A DNA stretch of 64,000 nucleotides, from positions 8,618,001-8,682,000 of the forward strand of contig JBHGNT010000006.1 in NCBI GenBank assembly GCA_043228905.1, in the 5' to 3' direction. Source of the DNA: Azolla caroliniana. Lineage: Eukaryota; Plantae; Polypodiophyta. Each line of letters starts with the position of its first letter. The stretch's first letter is position 1. The notes under the pieces are model-generated. The model worked only from the letters and a program-made list of their open reading frames with translations, had not been told where the DNA came from and made no database searches. The position numbers and the translations under genes were made by a program. Positions 1 through 12,979 of the stretch are shown in pieces.

Positions 1-33
1 TATGTGGGCTCATGCTAGAGCGATCACTAAGAG

Positions 34-169
34 TGTTATGGGCATGACCATATAATATCCCGTGGTGAGAATTTACCGTAGTATTCTATACACGTCCATA
101 TAATATCCCGTGGTGAGAATTTACCGTAGTATTCTATACATGGGATATTATATGGTCATGCCCGTAACA
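34..169. mobile_element. 136-bp miniature inverted-repeat element, TGT...ACA ends, 5-bp TSD
   Basis: 28-bp TIRs 34-61 / 142-169 (1 mismatch); TSD AAGAG 29-33 and 170-174; internal 45-bp direct repeat (48-92, 96-140); removing it restores the copia integrase frame CGLMLERSLRGSRYFITFVDD. Confidence 0.85.
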
Positions 170-3085
170 AAGAGGTTCTCGATACTTCATCACTTTTGTA
201 GATGACTATACACAGAAGGTCTGTGCCTACTCCATCAAGTCCAAAGACGACGCGCTCAAGGTCTTCACTAGGTCGATATCTGAGGTGGAGAACCGGTCGT
301 GATACAGGGTCAAGACACTCCGATCCGACAACGGAGGTGAGTACACCTCTAGAGCCTTCAAATAGTACCTGTCCGACAAAGGAATCCGACATCAAAAGAC
401 CGTTCCCTAAGCACCCATGCAGAATGGGTTGGCTGAACGAATCAACCGAACGATACAAGAGAGGGTGACAGCAATGATGTATCGAGCTAGACTGAAGCTT
501 GAGTTCTAGGCCGAGGCATTGTAGATGGTAGTATACTTGGTAAATGCATCACCGTCGAAAGCAATCATGCTCGAAGTGCCATAGGCACTATGGTCAGGCA
601 AACAACCGACCTACGATAGGCTTTGTATATTCGGATGTGAAGCCTACGCATTTATCCCCAGGGACAAAAGGACCAAGTTGGCACCCCATGCGACGAAGTG
701 CATATTACTCGGTTATGGAACTGATGGGGACTTTGGCTACAAGCTATGGGACTTGGAAATTGATCCGGAGCAGTGATGTAGTCTTCAATGAAGATTATCT
801 TCTCTCAATGGAACCAACAGAAAATAGTTCGTAAAAGGGTATCCTTCGAAGCCGAAAGAGATTTCGTGAAGGACCGTCCCACCAAGCTGAATCGGAGATT
901 CGACAAACAGTCGAACTAGACCAAGCCGACAACATACCTACCAACTCTGAATTGGTCGGAGGTCCACTAGTCGAACTCAAAGACAAAGCTGATTCACCAA
1001 GAGTCAAACAAGGCAAAGTCAACAAGATGCGATTTGGCAACAAACCCAAGTCGACAAAGTCCATAAGGGAGGACAACATGACACCGTCGAAATCCCAAGA
1101 CGAGGACGAATCACCCAAGAGGACTCCTGACTTGAGTAGTTCCACAAATACCGATCGAACAACAGAGCCAATCGAAGAATCCAAACCGATCAATATGGCA
1201 CTCAGGAGATCTAGACGAAATCAAAGAACAACAGAGTTTTATTAACTGGGCCTCGACTATGTCCAATACACCGATGCAGGCGAACCCAACACATATGAAG
1301 AAGCTATGGCCGCACCGGACGCCGATACATGGCTACAAGCCATGAAATCCGAAATGGACTCAATTCATCAGAATTAGACATGGCAGTTGGTCAAACTACC
1401 AGCTTGAAGAAAGCCACTAGCTTGCAAATGGGTTTTCCGATACAAATATGTATCTGACTCAGAGAAACCCAAGTGCAAAACTTGACTTGTCGCGAAAGGG
1501 TTCAAACAAGAACATGGGGTCGATTACGACGAGATATTCTCACTAGTAATCAAGATGACCACCCTCAGACTCCTACTAGGAGTTGTGGCGACATAAGACC
1601 TAGAGCTAGAGCAGTTAGATGTAAAGACGGCGTTCCTACACGGAGATATGGAAGAATACATTTACATGTCTCAACCGGCAGGCTTCACGGCGACGAGGGA
1701 GGAAAGTCACCTCGTATGCCGCCTGAAGAAAAATCTCTATGGCTTGAAACAAGTGTCGAGGATGTGGTACCAAAAGTTCGATTCCTACATCAGGCAGCTT
1801 GGATACCGCCGATCGGACTCTGACCCATGCATGTACATTCGGCAATTGGCCGATGAGCCTAGGATTTATCTGATCCTATATGTCGACAATATGCTGATTG
1901 CAGGAAGCAATCAAGCAGAATCGGAAAGCTAAAGCGGAGCCTTCATGACAAGTTTGCGATGAAGGAACTCAGACAAGACTGTCACATACTGGGCATGAGG
2001 ATCGGATGACCAAGACTCTCTGACTCTCCCAGCCTGACTATATCCGAAAGGTGCTGGATCGCTTCAACATGGAGAATGTGAAGTTAACACCGACACCGCT
2101 TCCGACGTCGATCTAACTATCGGACAAAGACTCTCCTTCAACCGACAAGGAGAGAGAGCTTAATGGAAAGATGCCCTATGCATCAGTCACCATAGGAAGT
2201 ATCATGTACGCAATGGTGGTGACCCGACCTGACCTAGCCTATGTCGTAGGGGTGGTCTGCCGGTGCATGTCGAATCCAAGATGGAAGCATTGAGAGGCCG
2301 TCAAGCACATCTTCAGGTACTTGAGAGGGACCAAAGATACACAACTAACTTTCATTTTGACAACCTCAACCGAAGTCAGAGGCTACACTAACTCCGATTA
2401 TGTTGGCAATATGGACAATTGGAAGTCAACATCTAGTTATATTTTCACCTATGGTGGTGGTGCTATATCATGGAGGTCGAAGCTTCAAGAGTGCACGGAC
2501 CTATCAACCACAGAGGCCGAGTACATAGCAACATCGGAGGTAGTGAAGGAAGCGATCTAGTTGCACCGACTGTCTGCCGACTTCTCATCTACAAGCCGAA
2601 TCAACCGACCAGCGCCAACCATCTATTGCGACTCACAGAGCATTATACACCTCATCAACAATCGTGTCTATCATGCAAAGACAAAGCATATTGAGGTGCA
2701 ATATCATCACATCCGGGAGCTCATAACCGAGAAGAAGCTCGAAGTCCGGAAGATCGACACCGAGATGAACATCGTTGATTGCCTGACGAAGCCACTCCCA
2801 AATCAACGCTTCGGAACTAAGGACAAATATGGGATTGCAACAAGCGACCGCGCAGAAGAAGGTTGAACGAGGAGTAGAAGGTAAGTCGAACCGATCAACT
2901 AAGACAAGTAAATCTAACTGACCAGCCGAACCAGGCTAGACATTGAACACATCTCTGCCAACTCAGCCACATGCCGACTGAATTGTAAATATAAATTTAG
3001 ATTAATTTTGTAATCCAGGTTTACGAGGGAGCTAACCCCAAATACTTGTACAAGCAGGAAAGAGTATTTCTTTTATGAGGGAGTT

Positions 3086-3388
3086 TGTTGGCATAAAAGG
3101 CCGACTCCTTCCAATTTGTATCGTTGTGTGAACTCGTCCAACAGAGTTAGGGCTTAGTATATAAGCAATAACCTAACGGTGTAAAAGAGTGAGAACTTCA
3201 TGACCATCAAACATAGCGATCTCACAGAGAGAGAGAGAGAGAGAATGAATGCAATAACAGAGCTTCCATTAAAGCTTAAACCGTGTTATCTTTTGTTGTA
3301 TCTTCTTGCCTCCATTCTGTGTAGTTTGTTGAACACATACGACATGTCCTCATATACACACATACGTTTTCGGCATAGTCGATCAACA
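3086..3388 (+). repeat. 3' LTR of copia element
   Basis: Follows PPT; TG...CA termini; TATATAA at about 3158; (GA)n tract. Confidence 0.75.
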
Positions 3389-6300
3389 CTAACTACACTA
3401 CATGGGTAGTGGAACATGTTGAATTGCCAATAGGCAAGACGAACACTCTACTGAGGAAAGAATTTTTGCTTGTTCCAATAAAGAAAATTGCCACATTAGT
3501 ACTCCCTTCAACTTTCGTAGATATGCTTGCACTCCATGTCTACCATAGAATATAAAAGTGTTGCGCATGTTCCAATTATGACGCAATCCCTAATATCTTA
3601 GAAATAGGAAAACGATCTCCATCTCTGATTTTGGGTCAACCTATGTAAATTACACAAACACCCATTGTCTAGGTGTCAAATAACATCATGATAAAACTCG
3701 CCAAATTTGAGAAATGTAACTCCAAATCTCACAAGCAATTGGACATTGTATAAATCGATGAGTACTATCTTCCATTTGAACAGTGCAAAAGAAGCAATTA
3801 CCCGTTGCTAATCCACGATGCTTTAGAGCTAATCCCAAAGGCAATTCTCCAATCAAAACTCTCCAAATGAAGACCTTTGCTACAAGTGGCAATTTAGAAT
3901 GCCAACTACGTGGTAAAATCTGCCACCACCCATGATCAGATTTGTGTATTTTCCATTCTTCTTCAGCCTTAGATGATAATCATCCAAGACACTCAACAAA
4001 GCAATGATGCAAAAGATTAGTAGTCACTTGTAACAACAATGTTTGACCCCGTAAACACAAATCAATCCACAATTGTTCTCTTGTTTGTAGAGGTAAGGGA
4101 CCTTGCATCAATGCAATATCTTGTAGTTGTTGCCAAATAAACCCATTATTAGGCAGGGTGCATAATAATTGTTGCGCTTCAACAAACTCTAAAATTCTTT
4201 GAGATGAAGCCTCAACTATATCTCCCACCTCTTTGACCCCCAAACGAAACAAATGATTAAATTGAGAGTGCAATCTCTCCTTTCCTGGCCAACATAAAAA
4301 TCGAGAAGACACAAGTAACTCTTTTTGCAAAGAATTACAATGCTCTCTACTAGATGATGGTTTCCGTACACATAACAAGAGTGCTTCTTGCCATGAGGTA
4401 ACCAAGTGTTGAACACGTGAAGAGCCCAGAATCCTAAGTGAAATACATCCATTCAATAATTGCCACCATGAAGCCTTAATCGTTGTCCTCCCACGTGTTA
4501 AACCCTTGTTCTCAATGAAATATTGAACAATTTAGATATCAACGGTTGTGAGTTTGAACACATGTCTTGTAATAATGAAAATCTACGAGCCATCATATGC
4601 ATAGATAAGTTCAATATTCCAGCTCCCCCCAAGCGCTTAGGGGTTGTGAGATGATTCCATGCCACCCAAGTGATTCCCATCTTATCCCTCTTCTTCCACA
4701 ACAAATATCAAAGAGGTTGCAAAACAAAATGCAAAGCCTTCTTTTTCCATGGCAACAATGGCAAGTAATATAATATCATGGGTCCCATAATACATTGTAC
4801 AACCTCCAAGAGTACATGAAATGGCCAAGATTGTGACTTCCATCCAATACATGAACTTATCCCTCAACTTACTAGACATCCATTCAATCAATTGACCATT
4901 TGTAACATTCATTCCTAATGGATAGCCCAAATGTCGAAAAATAGAGCGTTTCTTCACCACGGATCCTTGCCAACCCAAACATTCCAAATCCCTTTCAGTA
5001 CATGATATGAGACTAGACTTCCTCCAATTTATATGTAATCCAGAAGCCAATGCAAATTGATTCCATACAAGCATCCCCTTCTCAAGATTCTCTTGTGAGG
5101 CTGGTAGAAACATCAAAGAATCATCCAGCAAAGCTTGTGCTACTAGTTGCCCTCTAGACGAAAGGTGTAGACCCATAATGTCACCATTTGTTGCAAGCCT
5201 TGATAGCATCACTCCAAGGGATGAGTAATAATAGCAAACAACAACGGGTTAAGAGGTCATCCTTGACGAACGGATCTTGTGAGGGCAATATCTGATGTTA
5301 CTCCCCCATTAAGCATTACTCAAGACACCACATCTTGTTCTAATAAAAATATGAGGCGAGACATACGAGGTCTAAAGCCCATTGTATGCATTAACCCAGA
5401 AATAAAGGACCAATTAACATGATCATAAGCTTTCTCCAAATCTAATTGCAACATAATCAATTCTTAATGAGTGTTTCGAGCATAATCCATGGCCATTTGA
5501 ACATTCAAAACATTATGCAATATATTCCTACCTGCAATAAAAGCATATCGGGCGGGATATATCAACTTTGGAAAATACTTTTGTAATCTATTTGTCAATA
5601 CCTTTGTAAATATCTTATACAACCCCCCCATCAAAGAAATAGGTTTCTATTGATGAAATGACTTGGGAGATGCCACCTTTGGAACTAATTTAATTAGACC
5701 AACCTTCCAAGCTTGAGGCATACAATCAGAATCCGAAGAATGCTGAAACATCAAAGTTAAGGGCCCCTTTAAAATGATTTAATATCGCTTAAAAACTTGA
5801 TTTGTCAAGCCATCCCAACTAGGGCTCTTACCACTAGGAAGATGCCTTAAAATTGTGTCCACCTCATCCTTAGTGAAATCTGCATCCAATTCATGACTAA
5901 TGAGGTCATGCACAATACATCCAACCACATCATAAAACTCATGATGTGCTCTACTCACATCATTTATCATTAACAATTGTGGGCCAATCAACTTCATAAA
6001 GTAATGAATACATATATCAATTATTGTAGTAGGATCCACTATCAATTCATCCCCTTGCTTCACATGTACCACATTAGATCGAGCTAAGTAGGATGTAATG
6101 CTTAGAAAAATAAATGAGATTGACATTGATTATCTATGAGCCCATCCCTGAGTTGTCACATCTTAGCATAACGATAACTTTGGCATTGCAACTGAAAAAT
6201 AATAACATGCAATTGACTCTGGATATCCAAAAGTTCCTCATCTAATGGTCCATGTATCAATAATGCATTACACCTAGAGAGAACTTGTGAGAATTGTCGA

Positions 6301-9250
6301 AGAAGACCTCTTCTTCGTTGAGCATTAGTTACTCCATACATATGATAAATGATCTTAATGTTTTGTAACGTGATATCATATGCTTTAACTCCTTTAAGAT
6401 TCACTTGTTGTGAAAAATTTACCAAAATTTGCTCCATGAGAGAATCAAAGTGAGGTTGAAGCAAAAGAGAAGAGTTAAAGCGTAATGGAGGCTTTGCAAG
6501 TAAGGATTGATACATGTCAATTGCATGACTACAAACTTCCAAACAAATAGGAAAGTGATCTGAAGTTCCTACATCTTGTAGAACTTTCATATGACGTGAT
6601 GTTGGTAAGAAAGAATCATCGTGCATCACATACATTCTATCTAACTAACTCCATGTTTGTTTATGGTGGGCGGATTGGAAGGTAAAACCTGGATCATTCC
6701 CATGCAACCATGTCCAAACATCCAACTTCAGAATCTCCATAATCAATTAATCCCAAGCAAGTTGCTCAAGATCATCCATGATTGAATGTTCAGATGTAGA
6801 TTGAGATGCATCAATACACATGTTAAAGTCACCCATAAGTAATCTTGGACGGCCCACACATAGGGTTTGAAGGAGAGAACCCCATAATGCAATACGTTGA
6901 GTGGCTTGGTTAGGGGCATAAATCCCAACCACCCACACAACCTCATCAAAAAAAGTGATTTCAAGAACAAAAAACCGACCATAAGGATCATTATGCACCA
7001 CTTGAGGATAATATTTATCACGCACGATTAATACCACGCCTGAATAACGATTAGATGTCCTGCATAAAATGATGAATATCCACACAAATGAACTGTGGAT
7101 CCTGCTAACTCATGACACTTGTGCTCAACTGCACATAATACGTCCCATTCTCAACTTAACAAAGTTTCCAATAATATATACTTCTTATGAGGAGAACATG
7201 CCCATATCCCATTCCATGTTACCACTTTCATTCAATGAGCAATGTTATGGGTGCACTTTCTCCTTCAGAGCAACCAATGTCATTAAACTAGTCAAATCAT
7301 GTTCCAATGTTGCATTTTGATTTTCATGCACCACATCCTTAGGGTTGTCTATCGAAATCTTTTGTTTCAGTCCTCCCATTTGACAAAAACCTCGAGAATT
7401 TGATGAATTTACAACTCATCCCAATGAATCAAATTGAGTTCCCTTATTCTAAGGACCCAAACCTTGAAGTGAGAACTCTTTATAGCTTGCTCTAGATGAT
7501 GTTCCTTCATCCATAACAACCACAGTATCTGACACACCAACAACTCTCCCAACTCCTTCCTTACCATTCCCTTCATTAGGAACCTCTATGGTTGAAGGAC
7601 AATGACAGTGGCATTCCACCATAAAGTGACCCCATTTACCACATCCAAAACAATGACCTGCAAATGTCTCTCACTTCAATTTAAAACAAAGTCTTTTCAT
7701 ACCATGTGTGTTCATACGCACCCATCCTGGCCTCTTACAACTTGTATCCCATAACACGCAAAATCTGCACTTATTTGTAGCATTGGCATGTGGAGATATC
7801 AACACTTTACCCATTTGACTCATCAACTCTGGTAAAAGTGACCATAAAAAAGCATGCTTACAATCCACCGTTACCCAAACAGGGCACTCTTCTTTTAACA
7901 AAGCATGATAGTCCACTATGTAACAATCGGCAACGGTTTGGTTTGGTTTGAGAGGGTCCAAACCGAACCAGTTTGGAACTGAACAGTGTAAATTTTTTTA
8001 AACCTGAACCAAACCACGAAACCGTTAAACCGAACCGGTAAACATTTTTCAAACCGTTAAACTATTAAACCGTAAAAACCACGATTTTGTGGTTTGGTTT
8101 TGGTTTTCAACATAGGTCATATTTCATTTTTTTAAAATTTTAAAATTTTAAAGATGTTCCTAAAATGTGAGAATAAGGTCTAAAAATGAAAAGAAGATTG
8201 TTTAAAAACAATCTTTTAAATTTTTTAAAAATAAAAAATAAAAAACTGTTAAACCGTTTAAACCACGGTTTTTTACTACTGAAACCGAACCCACCCGTTA
8301 ATAAAAACCTAAACCTGAATCTAATCGAATCGAACCAAACCGTTTAAACCGTTAAGTCGTTAAACCGCAGTTTCATGGTTCGGTTCGGTTCAAACCGAAC
8401 CATTGCCGATTGTTACCACTACTGGGGACCATTGCATTACATGCACCAATCATTTATAAAAAAACACAAGAACTTTAGCCAACAATGCACTTCGATGTTC
8501 CGGTGAACAAAATACTACATCATAAAACCCTCGTGGTCTTGCATATATATTTCCAACACAATTTGGTGACACGATTGTGTTGAACCATTGTTTAATCCAA
8601 TTAATATATGGGAGTTTCTCGGTAAAAAATAATATAACCGCGTGATCATAAAATACATCAAAAGATTGCAACATTGCCTTAGCATCAACTTCCACATCAA
8701 TGCATTCTTTCACTACATTTTCATTTTCTTCCACAATATTAGACAAGATATTTGCAATTCCCCATAAATTATCCCAATTACAATGATCCTTGTCAACCTC
8801 ATCTACATGTATTACTTTGGCATATGTCAATTTTTTCTTATTAATTTCTTCAATACCCTTAAACCTCTTTGAGCTTCCAATGTCTTCCTTTTCACGATTA
8901 CATTCAACCATCACATTACTCTTTTTTGGATCAATTGTTTCCATATCAATGTCCCTCACAATTTGTGAGGAATTCATGTTTATATCCATTATTCTTGATG
9001 TGATATCAATCCAAGATAAAAACAATTTTCCATGAACAAGAGAGACAACCAGAACTCACCCGATTGAAGAGGTCGAAGATGATGAAGACAATAGAAGACC
9101 CGCAAAGTGTGTTGAGTATGTGGATGCCGACAACACAAGATTCCTTATTTCTATCGTTGCTTCTTATACAGACCACCAAACTTAACTTGCTATATCTCGT
9201 TACGAAGCTCTAATCAAGGGATTTCTAACTCTTGTCTTTATGCTCAATTA
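3389..9250 (-). mobile_element. Degenerate near full-length LINE (L1-type): ORF1 remnant about 7500-9025, ORF2 endonuclease-RT-zf remnants about 3400-7200
   Basis: Fragments IYAPNQ..LMGDFN and SDHFPI (APE endonuclease), GKSPSWDG, QLDLEKAYDHV, VRQG, ALLDDSL (RT), PKRLGGAGI, CFFC..EDSTHRFIQC (zf-RVT); ORF1 RGFYDVVF..CPVWV and CFGCGKWGH knuckle; boundaries approximate. Confidence 0.85.
7921..8415. mobile_element. hAT-like MITE inserted in LINE ORF1
   Basis: About 25-bp TIRs TAACAATCGGCAACGGTTTGGTTTG / CAAACCGAACCATTGCCGATTGTTA; many subterminal AAACCG/CGGTT repeats; imperfect 8-bp TSD CCACTATG / CCACTACT; removal restores ORF1 MQWSPVVDYHALL. Confidence 0.8.
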
Positions 9251-11145
9251 TGTTGCCGATAGAGAGCGCAACAATAAAAACAATTTCGCTTCTTCTACTT
9301 TTTCTTCTTCTTCTTCTTCTTCTTCTTCTCTCTCTCTCTCTCTCTCTCTCATACATATATATATATATATGGGGTAGAAGTATGGGGAGATAGCATCCCT
9401 AAATCTACGTGGAAAGAATTTTAAAATGTCCAAAAATATTTTCTTACAAAGTTTCTACAAGGTAAGAAACAAACGCCCTACACCCTCCTCCTCGAGACAG
9501 GATCGCTTCCCATTGAGATCATGGCCATGGAAAAGGGGGTTGAATACATGCTTAAGGTTCAAAAAAGTCTCTCACATTGACTTCCTAGAATTGCATGGGA
9601 AGCAAGCAAAAAGATCCAAAATACATATAAAAGCAAAATATAGTGTTTCAGTTGGATGCAAAATATAAAAAACTGGTTTGGTAGATGGGATGCAAGACAC
9701 TTGCTTCATGATGCATCACTAGATTCCTCAGTAAATGAGGCCTTTTTGCAACGCCAATGTATCATAACATGGGAAAAATGTGGAGTCTCACGCTTCACAC
9801 ATTATACTACACATATTGCACCTAACTACAAAACCATATTTTTCGCGGAATGGGAAAACCGTACACATCAATACATGTTAGAGCCTATCCTGTTATCTGT
9901 CATTTGAACCATTGCTTCCATGCGATTTAACTCACATGCATTGGGGCAGAAGCGATGAGGCGGGGCCAGCTATGCACACTTTGCCCTAAACAAGTTCGAG
10001 AGTCTCGAGTATCACACTTTTATACAATGCTTTGCTCTTGATCATATTCGACCATGCTTCCTATATGTCTTCGACCGAGCCCAATCCTTGCACGAATTTC
10101 TCTCACAACCACAATGTTCACTTTCGATTGAAACATTCATTGGTAAAGTTCTTGAACATCAAGAATCGCTACACACTTTCACACGTATCACATGAAATAT
10201 TAGAAATGTATCATTTTTGGTCTCCTAGGTCATATTTGACCTCCGAAGACGATAATATATTCTCTCTCTCTCGGATTGCTTGACGACCATGCTTGCCCAC
10301 ACTACCAACAATCAACATGTAATATGGGAGAAATTTGCAAAACCCTAAACATGCATAGTTGTTTGGTTCTATTTATCATGATTATCAACCAAAATGAAGA
10401 GATCCACTTTGAGGTTAAAGGAAACACATCAATCCAATTTCTCATATCCAACATATATGGCTATTGTGAAATAGATTCAAAGCATTACCAATTTTTTAGG
10501 CCCAAAATTATTAACAATGTACATAAAAGTGTCGATGGATGATGGATGGTGCATACTATCACTCAAAACCCAGATTCTCTATATTTATAATCCATCCAAG
10601 AATTTTTACAATCAACCAAAACCTTTGTTTTTCATGACAGCAAATAGATCAACTTTGTTCCATCTACTGAGCCCACCTAGCCAACACTATCTTATTTCCC
10701 TTCTTTGTTCCCTTCTCTTTCCCATGTATTACATGGCAAGTAATGACTCTTCATTCCATAAAACTAATCATACCTAGCACCCATAAACAAAAAACTCGTG
10801 ACTGTCAAATTTAATCATCAAAACTGCCACAATAACTTTGATCCTTAGTTGGAACTAGTCCATAGAAAAACCAACGATCCGAGAAGATCTCAAAATTTGC
10901 CAAAACAAAGCCTGTGCTTGGTCCATTCGAAACAACCAAAAACCGGAATTCAAGATATACCGAAAAAATGCCCTCTCACGCGTGCATCACTGATAGCAAT
11001 TAATGAACTCGGCCCAATCCTCTCATCCTAAGGAAATGAAAAAGCAAACAACATATATTAATTTTCCAAGCCATTACAAATAGAACCAAGATTTTTTTAA
11101 TTTTTCAATGGGGTGGCCGTATATAATTAAGCAATGAATAAATAA

Positions 11146-12933
11146 CTACTTTGTATCAACTTCCCGACTTTGGGTGCTTTGCAAAGACTGTTCCAACTCA
11201 ATACCATTTTCGACAGGTTTTCGATTTGAAACTTTGCTTTCTAGAAGTTGAATAGTGGCTTTGTCGTGAGACATTCTAGCTGCATCCAATGGCGTAATTC
11301 CATGTCTGTTTAACGAGGTTGGGAGGGGAAATCATATTCACCTTCCAAAAGGAGTATAAAAACACAATGGAGTGTTTATTTTTTGGGATGGAGAATCCCC
11401 CGAAACGCCCTTGTGTTCATGAGAATTTCCCAAGTGCCTTAGTGTCAAAAGTATATACAGCTTTTGTATAAGCAAAATGTTCACCCTTCTCAACCGAATA
11501 TCTCCAACTTCTTTATAGCTAATTATTATACAAGAACATTCATGTAAATAGGTAGGTACTCTGACTCCAAGGTCTTAAACTTCTCTTCTAATCATATATG
11601 ATTAATATTCATTGACCCACGGGCATTGGGGGATATAAAAGAAGAGCACAAGGGCATCTCAGGGAATAGTCATAAAAACAAAAAGGGCATTTCTTTTTCG
11701 GTTTTCGTTCTCATCTAGTGAACGTTTGAAACTTACCGATCCTTGGCGAATACATTGGCACCATTATTTACGAGAAATGTAGTCATTTGAAGATCACCTT
11801 CTCCGGCAGCTATATGAAGAGGTGTCCGGTCACCATAGTCTGAAACATTAGGGCCCACCCCATGTCTTATAAGTCTCTCCATGTATGAAGTATCTCTGGT
11901 CGCCGCCACCTTACATAGTTCAGTTCCTTCATCCTGACACAAAATATGGAAAAGAAAACATTTCATAAGCCAAAAAAGCCTTATATCAAATATCGGCACT
12001 CAAACAAAACAGAGGTCGAGAGTGTAATATGCCTGGTCCACCAGCAATTCCAACCATTCAGAGAACAAAAACAAGCATTAGACTCAATGAAATGCAGTTT
12101 ACCAGTTTACGTTTCAAAGCCTAGCTTCTTAGAGAACAAAGAGTTTTAAGGTAGAATGTGAGACTTTAAAGACAATAGTAGAATTAATAAAAGATTTTGA
12201 AGAGTAAGTTTCTGACCTCTAACTGTGTTTTAGCCCCACTTTCAACAAGAATTTGTATAACAGAATCATGTCCTGCCCTTAATGCCTCAAATAAAGGGGT
12301 GATTCCAAAATTATCTGCAAATATTTGGAGAGAGATTTTTTTTTCATTCATCAGAATTGAAACGAAACCCATATCTTGCATAGAAAATCAAGAAACACAT
12401 CATTTGGCTCTAAATAATTTCATACATTTTATTCAGAAATATATATCTATATATATAGTGGAACAAAACCACCAAGAATCCATGGTTAGATAAGAACAAA
12501 AATAAGAAATTCCCTTTCCAAGAAATTAACGAATGTGAGCTTGTATTTAAAAGCATTAAAGTTACTGAAATAAACCTTTCTTATTTACGTCTGCACCCTT
12601 CTGTATGAGCAGTGAAACGCATTCTACATGACCATTACCTGCTGCTAAATGCTGTCAAAGAAAAAAAATAAACATGCAATAGGCACCAAAACCACCAATA
12701 CTAGTTTTAGTGACAAAACCAGAGATTGATGTTTTGCATGGAATTTCCAAAAAAGAGAGGCTCCTTAAAGATAGCATCATCAAAAAGATTAAGAGAACGC
12801 TCCTTCCAAACCAAGAATATATTAGACGGAAACAATCATATAGAAAAATGTTTCATCTTAATAAATAGACTTAAAAAGACCTAATCACATGACTACAGAA
12901 AAGAGATCAAAGAAGCTTATAACAAAATAGCTA

Positions 12934-12979
<46 letters not shown>

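Larger units (their letters stand above)
1..3388 (+). mobile_element. Degenerate Ty1/copia LTR retrotransposon (5' part outside window): integrase-RT-RNaseH remnants and 3' LTR
   Basis: Broken ORFs with copia motifs (YMSQP..VCRLKKNLYGLKQ, LILYVD, GGGAISWRSKLQ..LSTTEAEY, IYCDSQS..TKHIEV); PPT ATGAGGGAG at about 3075-3083; LTR TGTTGG...TCAACA 3086-3388; many stops and frameshifts. Confidence 0.9.

Noticed and set aside
9430-11050. Series of 60-90 aa ORFs
   Set aside because: No recognisable motifs or termini; probably old decayed repeat sequence
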